Positions 36,929 to 46,148 of a stretch of 51,912 nt of DNA are shown in pieces. This DNA is from a virus (taxonomy: Duplodnaviria; Heunggongvirae; Uroviricota; Caudoviricetes), in IMG/VR virus record IMGVR_UViG_2718218100_000010. The stretch is one strand, 5' to 3'. Numbering within the stretch: position 1 is the first letter of the stretch; each line of letters opens with the position of its first letter. The notes beneath the pieces were generated by a model that saw only the letters and a list, made by a program, of their open reading frames with translations, searched no databases and was not told the DNA's origin. The translations under genes and the position numbers were made by a program.

Positions 36929-37587
36929 TGGCGCACCTCCTGCGGCGGTTCTGGTAGCGGCATCCAGTCGGTTACATTGCGGCTCTGTGTTTCGAAAAAT
37001 TCATCACCATCACGGACTACATCAAAAAACTCACCGTCTCGATATTGCGCATAAAGAACGAATGCGCCATCACATAAAATAATTACGTGCTGACCGTCAT
37101 CCGGCATTCGCTCACTACAGCTTATCCAACCATCCAGAGTTACCGGATAGTTGGTTGACGTTTCCGAGATTTCCCGAAAATTATTGGTTGACGAATCTTT
37201 ATTTTCCCGAAAGTTTCCGGACTGAAGCATGGCTTCGCGGCAATCGTTCCAGCCTGTAGCGTATGCAGCCGCTTTGCTGCTGCCTTCAACTGGCGCATCC
37301 TGCCAATACATTTCTTCCGGCACTATCGGCGCTGGAGGGGCGGCAAATAGATATCCGCCAAAGTCAGGAAGCTCTCCAATGGCCTGTACGAACTTTTGTT
37401 TGCCTACGTCAACTCCTAATGGGTAATGAGCTATAATCTTTGCCACCGGCTCTGCTTCCAGCGATACCAGTGCAATTCGTGCCAGTTCTTCCGCTTCTTC
37501 TGCTGGCAGTACAACGTTGCTACCCGGTCCGTATGTTTCGCGCCACTGCTTGATTGTCAGCAGTCGCCCTTTGGTAATAGTGATCAT
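36925..37587 (-). CDS. Phage protein of unknown function (DUF551-like C-terminus?), 220 aa
   Basis: Acidic C-terminal region ...DGEFFDVVRDGDEFFETQSRNVTDWMPLPEPPQE; family assignment from memory only. Confidence 0.5.
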   Translation of the reverse strand: MITITKGRLLTIKQWRETYGPGSNVVLPAEEAEELARIALVSLEAEPVAKIIAHYPLGVDVGKQKFVQAIGELPDFGGYLFAAPPAPIVPEEMYWQDAPVEGSSKAAAYATGWNDCREAMLQSGNFRENKDSSTNNFREISETSTNYPVTLDGWISCSERMPDDGQHVIILCDGAFVLYAQYRDGEFFDVVRDGDEFFETQSRNVTDWMPLPEPPQEVRQ

Positions 37588-38099
37588 GCCGCGTTTCCTT
37601 CTTTCTTATTAACAATCACACCGTCATATATTTCATTAAGGTGCCCTCTCAACTCCATGCGCCTTAATGCAGATAACATGTAATCGCATTCAACCTGCTT
37701 ATTCCCAGTAAATGGCTTATCGTCAGGATTACCCCAACAGCAATTACCCTTGGGCCACCCATGTACTTTCCGTACTCTTCCGTTAACAACGTGAAGTAAT
37801 CCCCAGCCAGGTGGTAAATCCTCAATTGAAATAATTCCCGGCTCACTAATAAAGAATCGCCAGTCGCCCATTCCAAGAGACGGATTTTTACGAAAACGCT
37901 TTTTTCTATCTGCCAACAAGTCAGCACGAGAACATTTCGCCTCTATCAGGCATGATGCTGAATTTCTGAATCCCATAGCATCTGGCTGTTCTCCGGTACT
38001 GGTTACAGCTATAAAGCGGTCATGAAAACAAACCTTGAACCCGTTGCGCTTAAGGAACTTGTACGCAATCTGACAGAGTTCGCGGTGTGTTAACGCCAT
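37584..38099 (-). CDS. Hypothetical protein, possible PD-(D/E)xK-type nuclease, 171 aa
   Basis: ATG at 38099 (MALTHRELCQ) with strong SD AAAGGAGAG; FHDRF ... LIEAKCS resembles a D...ExK motif. Confidence 0.4.
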   Translation of the reverse strand: MALTHRELCQIAYKFLKRNGFKVCFHDRFIAVTSTGEQPDAMGFRNSASCLIEAKCSRADLLADRKKRFRKNPSLGMGDWRFFISEPGIISIEDLPPGWGLLHVVNGRVRKVHGWPKGNCCWGNPDDKPFTGNKQVECDYMLSALRRMELRGHLNEIYDGVIVNKKEGNAA

Positions 38100-38100
38100 A

Positions 38101-38986
38101 TCACTCTCCTTTGATGCGAATGCCAGCAAGCCAGTTTCTTATGCCGATATATTCAGCGTTCCTGAAACCGCTTTTTACATATATAAATGGCAAGCGAAGA
38201 TTGTGACCATTGACTGCCAGGTAGTCTTTACAACCCTGTTCGGTGAAACAGCAGGTAACGAATTCATCAATATCTTTCACAGCAACGCGCCGCCATTTTT
38301 CTGGTGGCTCTCGAAAGTTTTCATGAAGTAGCTCGAGACGACGACTATGGCGTTTATTGGCTTCATTGCCATCTTCGTCAACCCAGACAATCCGGTCATG
38401 GTCATAATCAGCATCAACAACGATTTCGCGCTTTTGATACACACAAAACATGGGATCTGACGTTATTCGATTGTCCTGTGTTCGAATATTTTCACCGATG
38501 ATGCCAAACGAATCTGGTGCAGATTTTGTCTGCATCTCTTCGATACGTTCAGCCATCGCAGCACACTCTTCAAAGTTGCTTAATGCTTTTCGCTCCCATT
38601 CGGCGCATTGTTTTTCCAGTTCTGCTATGCGCTTACTTCCATCCGCGATTACTCCCTCGTAATATTCACGCTGCTCGTTGAGTTTTGATTTTGCTGCTTC
38701 AAGCTCAACGCGCAGCTTCCCTACCGTTAGCGCAATATCCTCGTTCTCCTGGTCGCGGCGTTTGATGTATTTGCTGGTTTCTTTCCCGTTCATCTAGTAG
38801 TGCCAGCACGGTTTCTGGTCCGGCCAGAAATTTGAAGGCGTTGAGCGCATCAATATCCACACCGTAATCCTTAAGTTCCTGTTCAGTTAACAAATCATCA
38901 TCAACTGGCAACATTAACAGGCGTTCCATTGCCGGGATTGCACGTTCTGCCGCCTCACGCAACTCCTGATAGTCAATCTCGCTCAC
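38101..38986 (-). pseudogene. Ea22-like early protein, apparently frameshifted (ORFs 38705..38986 and 38101..38793 overlap by 89 nt)
   Basis: N-terminal module VSEIDYQELREAAE...VLALLDE parallels the intact paralogue at 39465-40193, then continues as coiled coil in another frame. Confidence 0.4.
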
Positions 38987-39468
38987 TGGTTGCCCTCCTT
39001 CATAAAAATAATCCAGTGGGTCTTGTCACCCTTTCCTGTTCGTTGACCGATAACAGGCTTTCTGTCGGTCAGTGCCAATATTTGGCGAACAGGTATTTGC
39101 GTTTCATTCCATTTAAAAATCAGAACGCCGTATGGCCACAACACACGAAAGGCTTCTTTAAATCCCTGCCGCAAATCATCACGCCAGGTATCTTTATTCA
39201 GCCGTCCATATTTCTTTCCCATCCAGGCGTTATCACCAACACGCTCAAGATGCGGAGGGTCGAATACAACAACCGGAAACGATGCGTCTGCAAATGGTAA
39301 TGCACGAAAATCTGCTATCAGGTCAGGGCTAATTATCAGCCGTCGTCCATCACACAATGTGTGCTCTTCCTTTCTGATATCGCTAAATATCGCCCGGTCG
39401 TCCTTCTTATCGAACCAGAACATGCGACTGCCACAGCACATGTCGAGGATTGCTGCATGTAAAGTCAC
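38983..39468 (-). CDS. Small orphan DNA methyltransferase (amino-MTase DPPH motif), 161 aa
   Basis: Motif I-like ILDMCCGS and motif IV FDPPH; GTG start overlapping the upstream stop in the GGAGGCAACCAGTGA junction. Confidence 0.65.
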   Translation of the reverse strand: MTLHAAILDMCCGSRMFWFDKKDDRAIFSDIRKEEHTLCDGRRLIISPDLIADFRALPFADASFPVVVFDPPHLERVGDNAWMGKKYGRLNKDTWRDDLRQGFKEAFRVLWPYGVLIFKWNETQIPVRQILALTDRKPVIGQRTGKGDKTHWIIFMKEGNQ

Positions 39469-40193
39469 TGGTTGCCTCCTTTGCTAATCTGTTCCGCCCA
39501 TTCTTCAAGGGATTTCTCCGCATATTCACCAGACAGGCCATCAATCGGATGCGCTTCATTAGCCAACTCTTCTTTCGCTGACAAAATCATGCGTGTAACG
39601 TCGAAAACTTCACGCAAAGACTTATTGATAAATCCGTGATTGAACGCAGCAGCAAGACGGCTGGCGGTATAGTTAATCCCCTCGTTGCGTGCTTCCGCAC
39701 GAATTTCAGCCAGAAAAGCATCGGTAGCTGGAGTTTCGCTGTGGTGTAGGGCATCGTTGATAATCATTGCAGCAACACCAGCCTGCCCTGCATCCGTGAC
39801 CGACACATGCTCAAGAGTTACGGCCATTGCGTGTTTCAGTCCGGCGTTCTCTGCCACCAGCGCCGCGAGATTAGTCTCAAGCTCTGCAATACGGCACATA
39901 GCATCAATATTTGTGTCTTCCAGCCGCTTAATTTCATCCAGTAGTGCCAGCGCAACATTTGGATTAAAAGCAGCAATAAATTCAGCGTTTGCATAAGCCT
40001 GAGCATCTGATTCAATCAGGCAGTTAACATGACATTCCGCAATCACGCCACCGGGTTCTCCTTTCCATTTTTGACAAACAAAAACTCCTGTTAAATTGCC
40101 GTGCTGGTTAACAGATGTATGCCCTACGATGTAGCTTCCTTTAGTTGCTTTCTCTGCCTTTTCACGCAGTGCCTGGTAGTCAATCTTGCTCAC
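39465..40193 (-). CDS. Ea22-like early-region protein, about 242 aa
   Basis: GTG start ([15 protein letters not shown]) preceded by GGAGGCAACCA; coiled-coil middle; track ORF extends to 40223. Confidence 0.5.
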   Translation of the reverse strand: MSKIDYQALREKAEKATKGSYIVGHTSVNQHGNLTGVFVCQKWKGEPGGVIAECHVNCLIESDAQAYANAEFIAAFNPNVALALLDEIKRLEDTNIDAMCRIAELETNLAALVAENAGLKHAMAVTLEHVSVTDAGQAGVAAMIINDALHHSETPATDAFLAEIRAEARNEGINYTASRLAAAFNHGFINKSLREVFDVTRMILSAKEELANEAHPIDGLSGEYAEKSLEEWAEQISKGGNQ

Positions 40194-40932
40194 TGGTTGC
40201 CTCCTGGCAAAGCTGGGCGACAATATCGCGATATTTATTCAGCTCCCGCAGCGCGACACAGACTCGCTCCCATTTCCGGATATCACTTTTCGCCCGACGC
40301 AGTTCGCGGTTTGCCTGTCGCAGCGATGGCAGAACCAGATTATCCACTCGCTTCTCAAGCGGCTGCACAATGTCTGCCACAGTTTCTGTTTTAATATCTT
40401 CCTGTGTTGCAGCTTCCTGTCCCGGTAACGCAGCACCTGCTGGCTGAGGAAAGGCCTTACCATCACTTTCCGTTACCAGCGCGGCTTTCGGCTCTGCTGG
40501 TAAATTATCGCCCGGCATGCAGTAACGAAATTTACCGTTCTGATTAACGCGTGCCAGCCGCCCCGTTGCGGTTACCACCGCCAGCGTGGAAGCAACCTTG
40601 CGAGTACTGACACCGAACTTACCCGCCAGTTCCTCACACGTTTTAGCCCCATCCTGACCGATAAACTCAATCATCATGTCTGCGGTAACTTTTTGTTCGA
40701 CCTCCCCGGTCAGCATATCCTGTGCTTCAGATTTTACTGGCCGCTCTTCGGTTACCCGGGATTCACCTTCGCCAGCCAGAAACCAGGTGTGACCAGTTTT
40801 ATCAACGACGCCATTTCTTTTGAGTTCCCACAGCTCGTTGACAGCCTCTTCACGACTGATATCAAGTCGCGCAGCCAGTTCTACCGACGTGGCTTTTCCC
40901 ATTGCTTTCAGTGCGTCAAATACAGTTTCCAT
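40180..40932 (-). CDS. Hypothetical protein with N-terminal winged-helix-like segment, 250 aa
   Basis: ATG at 40932 ([30 protein letters not shown]) with GGAGG RBS; directly downstream of the DnaC-like gene. Confidence 0.45.
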   Translation of the reverse strand: METVFDALKAMGKATSVELAARLDISREEAVNELWELKRNGVVDKTGHTWFLAGEGESRVTEERPVKSEAQDMLTGEVEQKVTADMMIEFIGQDGAKTCEELAGKFGVSTRKVASTLAVVTATGRLARVNQNGKFRYCMPGDNLPAEPKAALVTESDGKAFPQPAGAALPGQEAATQEDIKTETVADIVQPLEKRVDNLVLPSLRQANRELRRAKSDIRKWERVCVALRELNKYRDIVAQLCQEATSEQD

Positions 40933-40953
40933 TAAAACGTCCTCCAACAAAAA

Positions 40954-41700
40954 TTACTTCGCAATTCCTGGCTGACCAACATTCGGACGCCAGCTCTCCC
41001 AGTTAAAATTCACCCATCGCCCGCCGTTCATGGTCATGCGATCCATAATCCGCTCACCGAGCAATGTTTTCATGGCCTCATAGTTCAGGTTTGTCAGCAT
41101 CCCCACGCTGCGCATCGACGCTGTCCGGCGATCAACAATCTGATGCAGCACCACCTGCTCGTTTTTCGTCTCGCGCTGAATGCCAATTTCATCAAGAACC
41201 AGCAGATCCACTTCGCACAGCTCCCGCAAAAATTTTTCGCCTGACTGCCCGTCGTCATAGCTGGCGTGCAGGGCGCTCATAACATCAGCCACGGTAACCA
41301 CAATCACTGTCTGACCGTCTTTCAGCAGGCGATTCCCGATAGCTGCCGCTAAGTGATTCTTCCCGGTACCAGGTTTTCCGCTGAACGAAAAATTTGTACA
41401 CCCGGTCATCAGTTCATCGGCGATGGATTTCGCCTGGCTTAACGCGTATCGCTGGCCGTCGTTCTGCACCTGGTAATTCGCAAACGAGCATTTACGGTGC
41501 AACGGCTGGATGCCAGAGCGATTCAGAATTTTTTCCACCCGCAACTGACGATTCAGGCGGTTGATCTCCTCGCAACGTTTCTGTCCTTCAGCAAGTTGCC
41601 ACTCACGCCACTCCGCAACCGTTCTGAATGGGGCGGTTACATGTGGTGGGGTCAGTCTGCGGATACGCTCCAGAACGCCGCCTGTCGCAATATTTTTCAT
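40954..41700 (-). CDS. DnaC-like helicase loader (IstB-like AAA+ ATPase), 248 aa
   Basis: Walker A GKPGTGKNHLAAAIG and Walker B LLVLDEIG; position after the O-like gene. Confidence 0.85.
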   Translation of the reverse strand: MKNIATGGVLERIRRLTPPHVTAPFRTVAEWREWQLAEGQKRCEEINRLNRQLRVEKILNRSGIQPLHRKCSFANYQVQNDGQRYALSQAKSIADELMTGCTNFSFSGKPGTGKNHLAAAIGNRLLKDGQTVIVVTVADVMSALHASYDDGQSGEKFLRELCEVDLLVLDEIGIQRETKNEQVVLHQIVDRRTASMRSVGMLTNLNYEAMKTLLGERIMDRMTMNGGRWVNFNWESWRPNVGQPGIAK

Positions 41701-41706
41701 GGTCTG

Positions 41707-42513
41707 TTACCCCCTGAAGCCTGGCGGGATCGCACTATCCGGTAGCGAAACGGTGTTAACCTGTCGGAGTAACGTCTCAGGTCGAACACCTTTCGGCGCG
41801 AACAAGCCCTGGTATTCATTGGCGATGCTGTGTCGAATCACCTGCTCAGGTGAAAAACCCTGCTGGCGGAATTTTTCCAGCTCCCGTATCGCCCCGTTAG
41901 CGCCCTGCTCCGTTCGAATCGGTTTACGCAATGCCTGGCGAAATTCAACCCACTCACGCCAAAGCGAGACAGAAATCCAGTTCGGCAAAGCAATATCCAG
42001 AGGGTCAAACTTTTTGACACCTCGATTCCCCCGGGGGGGATTTAGGGGGGGATCTGTTTTTAGATCTTTATCTGTATCTTTATTAGTTGCCTTTGTGTTG
42101 ACATCATGTTCAAACACCACTTCAACATCTGTTTGAACACCTGTTAAATTTCTCTCTTGTTTTTTTTGAACATCTGCTTCCTTTCTGCTTCTTCTGGCCT
42201 GAACAGATGCTTTTCCTGCGGCTGATTTTTTGGTTAATTTTTCCCTGACTGATGCCAGATCTTCCTCAATCCGAAGATGCACCCATTCCTCGCCGTTATC
42301 GCAAAAAAACTCCTGCAAGGATGGTTCAACATCAGCCCATCGCTCGTTAGTCAGACGGGCAATTTTTGCCAGTCTGTTTTTAGGTATTGGCTTTCCTGTT
42401 TGCCAGTAATTGAACATCAGCAACAAATACGCACCATGCTCCTCTGCTGACAAATGCATGGTGTCAGCCAAGTAATCAGCTATGTACAGTTGCATGTATG
42501 GTAATGCGGCCAT
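41707..42513 (-). CDS. Replication initiator (O-like / YdaU-like), about 268 aa
   Basis: ATG at 42513 (MAALPYMQLYIADYL...); basic low-complexity middle region coincides with iteron-like DNA repeats. Confidence 0.6.
   Translation of the reverse strand: MAALPYMQLYIADYLADTMHLSAEEHGAYLLLMFNYWQTGKPIPKNRLAKIARLTNERWADVEPSLQEFFCDNGEEWVHLRIEEDLASVREKLTKKSAAGKASVQARRSRKEADVQKKQERNLTGVQTDVEVVFEHDVNTKATNKDTDKDLKTDPPLNPPRGNRGVKKFDPLDIALPNWISVSLWREWVEFRQALRKPIRTEQGANGAIRELEKFRQQGFSPEQVIRHSIANEYQGLFAPKGVRPETLLRQVNTVSLPDSAIPPGFRG
42000..42180. promoter_or_regulatory. Candidate replication origin inside the O-like gene
   Basis: Two G7 tracts, palindrome gatctgtttttagatc, repeated tgttcaaacacc / tgtttgaacacc / ttgaacatctg motifs, and a T8 A/T-rich stretch. 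Confidence 0.4.
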
Positions 42514-42576
42514 AATTGCCCCGTATGATGCTGCCCGGTGGCTTAGAATAAGCACAAACAGCATGGAAACTTTTGC

Positions 42577-42999
42577 TTAATGAACAATGACAGAATCTTC
42601 GGAAGACCCGCCGCCGCTGAAATGCGCTTTCCGGTAAACGGCCTGGACTGCATCATCATGCGCATCAATTGCCGTACTCAACGCTTCCTGCGCCGCCAGT
42701 AATGCACGGCGTTCCAGGGTATCGAAGATGCAGAGTCGGTGACGCAGCTCGCGCGGAATAATTGCCAGAACCGCAGGGATCAGTTTCTGAATTTTTTCCC
42801 TTTGCGCTTTCGTTTCACCTTTCAACCAACGGTGATAGATATTCTGCTGATTGTTCCAGTCCTTGCCTGGTACCAGGGGCAATTCGCCGCCCCCCTGGCG
42901 CAGATATTCTTCAGTAATTGCGTTAGCGACCCACGCCTGCCCTTTTTCGGCTGCCAGGGCTAACAACACTGATTCGATGTGCTCATGCCTGATTTTCAT
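42577..42999 (-). CDS. ydaT: YdaT-like early protein (cII-position), 140 aa
   Basis: Size and position between the Cro-like gene and the replication genes, as in Rac. Confidence 0.55.
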   Translation of the reverse strand: MKIRHEHIESVLLALAAEKGQAWVANAITEEYLRQGGGELPLVPGKDWNNQQNIYHRWLKGETKAQREKIQKLIPAVLAIIPRELRHRLCIFDTLERRALLAAQEALSTAIDAHDDAVQAVYRKAHFSGGGSSEDSVIVH

Positions 43000-43258
43000 G
43001 AATCAACTCCTGTGCATTTTGCGTGTTAGCCTTACATCCAACAGGTAAACCATCGGTCGGATTAGGGTAGATATCAGGCCGGAGTTCATGAGGTGTAACC
43101 TCGAAATTCGTAGCCTCTGCGATACGCAATACCTTTTCAGGGCTTAACTGACTACGTCCAGTAGCAACGAGGCTAATCATTGATTGCGAACAACCAGCCA
43201 GCGCGGCCAAACAAGACTGTCGTACACGATTTTTTTTCAAATATTCATCTAATGTCAT
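42983..43258 (-). CDS. ydaS: Cro-like HTH regulator (YdaS-like), about 91 aa
   Basis: ATG MTLDEYLKKNRVRQSCLAALAGCSQSMISLVATG has an HTH_XRE pattern; divergent from the repressor gene. Confidence 0.6.
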   Translation of the reverse strand: MTLDEYLKKNRVRQSCLAALAGCSQSMISLVATGRSQLSPEKVLRIAEATNFEVTPHELRPDIYPNPTDGLPVGCKANTQNAQELIHENQA

Positions 43259-43362
43259 AATGGTCACCTTAGTAATGCTCACAAAAATATTAACCATACT
43301 AATTTAAATGATCAATACCTATATCAGTTTGAGATTATGAACTGTATTCATAAGATGGTGGT
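43259..43362. promoter_or_regulatory. Immunity-region divergent promoter/operator interval
   Basis: AT-rich 104-bp spacer between the divergent Cro-like and repressor genes; operators not resolved by eye. Confidence 0.45.
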
Positions 43363-43827
43363 ATGAGAAGAAAACGCGAAGAAATCGCATCGCCGGAAGC
43401 TACGCAACGTCTGCGCGCAATCTGGGATGCAAAAAAAAGAGAGCTCAAACTGACTCAGGAGCTTGCTGCCGAGCTAATGGGTTTTGAGGCGCAATCTGCG
43501 GTTAGCCATTATCTCAACGGAAAGGCTCCACTTAATACTGATGCGGCATTAAAATTCGCTGTATTACTAAGAGTTAAGCCTGAAGAGTTGAGGCCTGATT
43601 TAGCTGATCTGATGAATTACGTCCGTTCCTCAGGAACTTATGACGAAAGTTTCGAAGGCGAAGGTTGGCGGATGGTTAACAAGCAACAAGCTGATTTACT
43701 AGATCTTTTTGATATCCTTCCCGAATCAGAAAAAGCAAAACTAATCGAAAGACTTAAAGGTCAGAATGAACTCTACAAAGAAGCATTTGAAAATATGCTG
43801 GCAGCTCAAAAACGCATGAAGAAATAG
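43363..43827 (+). CDS. racR: Prophage repressor (RacR-like HTH), 154 aa
   Basis: N-terminal HTH ...LKLTQELAAELMGFEAQSAVSHYLNG...; divergent to the cro-like gene; terminator hairpin aaccgccatttttggcggttttttt at ~43848-43872. Confidence 0.65.
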   Translation: MRRKREEIASPEATQRLRAIWDAKKRELKLTQELAAELMGFEAQSAVSHYLNGKAPLNTDAALKFAVLLRVKPEELRPDLADLMNYVRSSGTYDESFEGEGWRMVNKQQADLLDLFDILPESEKAKLIERLKGQNELYKEAFENMLAAQKRMKK

Positions 43828-44062
43828 CTCCCACCATCTCGTAACTAAACCGCCATTTTTGGCGGTTTTTTTGTCCCCTCCGCCCGCCCCCGCCTTACTT
43901 TTTATCAAAAAAACACTAAAAATTTCATTAGGATAGTACATTTTTATCAACGAAATGCATATTTGTGTTGATCATTAATATGAACATAACTAATATTATT
44001 ACAGAAGCAGCACGGCGCTGTAGGTTTTAGTTCCGCCACCCGGCGTTAAAGGGAGAGATAAA

Positions 44063-44197
44063 ATGGTGCATTACGAAGTAGTTCAGTATTTGATGGATTG
44101 TTGCGGTATCACTTACAGCCAAGCTGTACAGGCTCTACGCAGCAACGACTGGGATCTCTGGCAGGCAGAAGCCGCTATATGCAGCAACAAGATGTGA
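44063..44197 (+). CDS. ydaG: Small protein YdaG-like, 44 aa
   Basis: RBS agggagag; hand translation MVHYEVVQYLMDCCGITYSQAVQALRSNDWDLWQAEAAICSNKM. Confidence 0.45.
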   Translation: MVHYEVVQYLMDCCGITYSQAVQALRSNDWDLWQAEAAICSNKM

Positions 44198-44207
44198 GAT
44201 TCGCAAA

Positions 44208-44360
44208 ATGCAAAAAATCGACCTCGGCAACAACGAATCCCTAGTGTGTGGCGTGTTCCCCAACCAGGATGGAACGTTCACCGCCATGACGTATACCAAA
44301 AGCAAAACATTTAAAACTGAAACAGGCGCACGTCGCTGGCTTGCCAAAAATACCAGCTAA
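44208..44360 (+). CDS. ydaF: Small protein YdaF-like, 50 aa
   Basis: Hand translation MQKIDLGNNESLVCGVFPNQDGTFTAMTYTKSKTFKTETGARRWLAKNTS; weak RBS. Confidence 0.4.
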   Translation: MQKIDLGNNESLVCGVFPNQDGTFTAMTYTKSKTFKTETGARRWLAKNTS

Positions 44361-45082
44361 ACCATTTATTGGATTAATTCAATATTCTTGCTGTAGGGGT
44401 ATAGCCGAGGCCACCAAAGCCCGGAGGTGGTGAAATAAAACCGGGCACAACACGAAGGCGCATTTCCGGTATCCATAAAGAGTCGGTCTTGTCTGTCAAA
44501 TTTAAATGGTGGGAGTGCGCCTCCGGTTGTGAATAACAACACTGCTGTGTGTAGTCTTGGCGGCATCAGTTTTTTCTTGAAGTTCGACTGATGTCCGCCC
44601 TTTTTAAAGTGAATTTTGTGATGCGGTGAATGCGGCTAAGCGCACGCGGAACAGTTAAAAAGCTATTGTCCTTCGTAGCAGAGTTATGGGTGAAATATCC
44701 GGCGTTAATTGTTAACTGGTTAACGTCACCTGGAGGCACCAGGCACCGCATCAACAAAGTTCACTTCAGTGATGAAAGGTGAGAGAAAATGTTGAATGTA
44801 GCTATTGAAAACCAGAACGGGTGGAATTATAGTGCACCTGCACCTCATAAAACGGGTGCCGGGATTTGCACCCCGATGATCACTAGAGCGCATAACCGCG
44901 CCAAAGCGGTTTTTTTATGCGTAAAGCGCAGCCACATTCAGATTATGGTGGGGCGTATGGGGCCGTTTTCGGGCGGGCCGGATTCTCTAGTGACCGGTAG
45001 TGCAAACCCTGTACGTCTCACCACCCATGAGATTTGCACCTCCGGTGGTGAGTTTACCAACTTATCACTAGAGGCTGCCATC
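44361..45082 (+). other. Structured non-coding leader upstream of the rha-like gene
   Basis: No convincing ORF; hairpin gcccgg..ccgggc at ~44419-44446; GTTAACTGGTTAAC at 44711-44724; intrinsic terminator aaccgc-gccaaa-gcggtt+T7 at ~44894-44918; direct repeats gatttgcacc...atcactagag. Confidence 0.4.
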
Positions 45083-45637
45083 ATGGCTACTATCCCTACC
45101 CTTTCTCACCCTGACGTAACCATCGAAAATGGTCGTGCTGTCACTACGTCTGTTGCAGTTGCAGAGTTTTTCCGCAAGCTGCATAAAAACGTCATTCAAA
45201 AAATTGAAGCTCTGGAATGTTCCTCAGAATTCACTGAGCTTAATTTTAAGCCAAGTGAATACACCGACTCAACCGGGCGCAAACTCCCAATGTACCAAAT
45301 CACCAAAAACGGCTTCGTTTTCCTGGTGATGGGTTTCACTGGCAAAAAAGCCGCTGCATTCAAAGAGGCCTACATCGCTGAGTTCGACCGCATGGAAGCA
45401 GAGCTACGCCAGAATAATACCACTCCCACAAACAAAATCATTCCGGGCGATGGGCGCACTCTGGTTGTTCGCTTCGACAAATTCGGCAACGTCGAATTCA
45501 CTGAAACCGTTCCTGATGGCGCTCTCGTCTGTACCCTGGACACTTTCCGCCTTTATCTGGAGAAACAGGGCTGGACTCTTGTAAACCGAAGCGCAATTAA
45601 AAATATGACCGTCGAGCAGTTGCTGAGTATTAAATAG
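45083..45637 (+). CDS. Rha-family phage regulatory protein, 184 aa
   Basis: ATG at 45083 with GAGG upstream; Rha-domain pattern ...VTTSVAVAEFFRKLHKNVIQKIE...ITKNGFVFLVMGFTGKKAAAFKEAYIAEFDRME. Confidence 0.65.
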   Translation: MATIPTLSHPDVTIENGRAVTTSVAVAEFFRKLHKNVIQKIEALECSSEFTELNFKPSEYTDSTGRKLPMYQITKNGFVFLVMGFTGKKAAAFKEAYIAEFDRMEAELRQNNTTPTNKIIPGDGRTLVVRFDKFGNVEFTETVPDGALVCTLDTFRLYLEKQGWTLVNRSAIKNMTVEQLLSIK

Positions 45638-45683
45638 TTTTCTGGAATTTTCTTAATACGAGAAATTTATTAAGGAGATAATT

Positions 45684-45905
45684 ATGATTGCTCATCACTT
45701 CGGAACTGATGAAATACCACGTCAGTGTGTGACTCCTGGCGATTATGTTCTTCATGAAGGCCGGACATATATCGCCTCGGCAAACAATATTAAAAAGCGA
45801 AAACTTTATATTCGTAGCCTGACTACAAAAACATGCATTACTGACTGCATGATTAAAGTCTTCCTCGGTCGTGATGGTTTACCTGTAAAGGCGGAGTCAT
45901 GGTGA
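45684..45905 (+). CDS. kilR: KilR-like cell-division inhibitor, 73 aa
   Basis: [32 protein letters not shown]...; position upstream of ydaE/racC/recE as in Rac. Confidence 0.7.
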   Translation: MIAHHFGTDEIPRQCVTPGDYVLHEGRTYIASANNIKKRKLYIRSLTTKTCITDCMIKVFLGRDGLPVKAESW

Positions 45906-46075
45906 TGACTAAGAAAATAAAATGTGCTTACCACCTTTGCAAAAAAGACGTTGAAGAAAGCAAAGCTATTGAAAGAATGCTTCACTTCATGCACGGGACT
46001 TTATCAAAAGACGAACCGAGAAAATATTGCAGTGAAGCTTGTGCCGAAAAAGACCAGATGGCACACGAACTTTAA
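45905..46075 (+). CDS. ydaE: Small Cys-rich protein YdaE-like, 56 aa
   Basis: ATG overlaps the kilR stop; hand translation [56 protein letters not shown]. Confidence 0.5.
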   Translation: MTKKIKCAYHLCKKDVEESKAIERMLHFMHGTLSKDEPRKYCSEACAEKDQMAHEL

Positions 46076-46148
46076 TTAATTGACTATTCGAAACTGAATT
46101 TATGCCAGCAATGGCAGGGATTCGCTCAACCTTAATTAAGGAGAAAAA

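Noticed and set aside
44361-44788. A sieB-like superinfection-exclusion gene (minus-strand ORFs 44366..44566 and 44566..44757)
   Set aside because: These ORFs lack RBSs and membrane-protein character; the region looks non-coding and structured.
44789-45082. N-terminal 98-codon extension of the rha-like ORF (track ORF 44789..45637)
   Set aside because: The extension spans an intrinsic terminator hairpin with a T7 run and direct repeats; the internal ATG at 45083 is a more plausible start. Not fully excluded.
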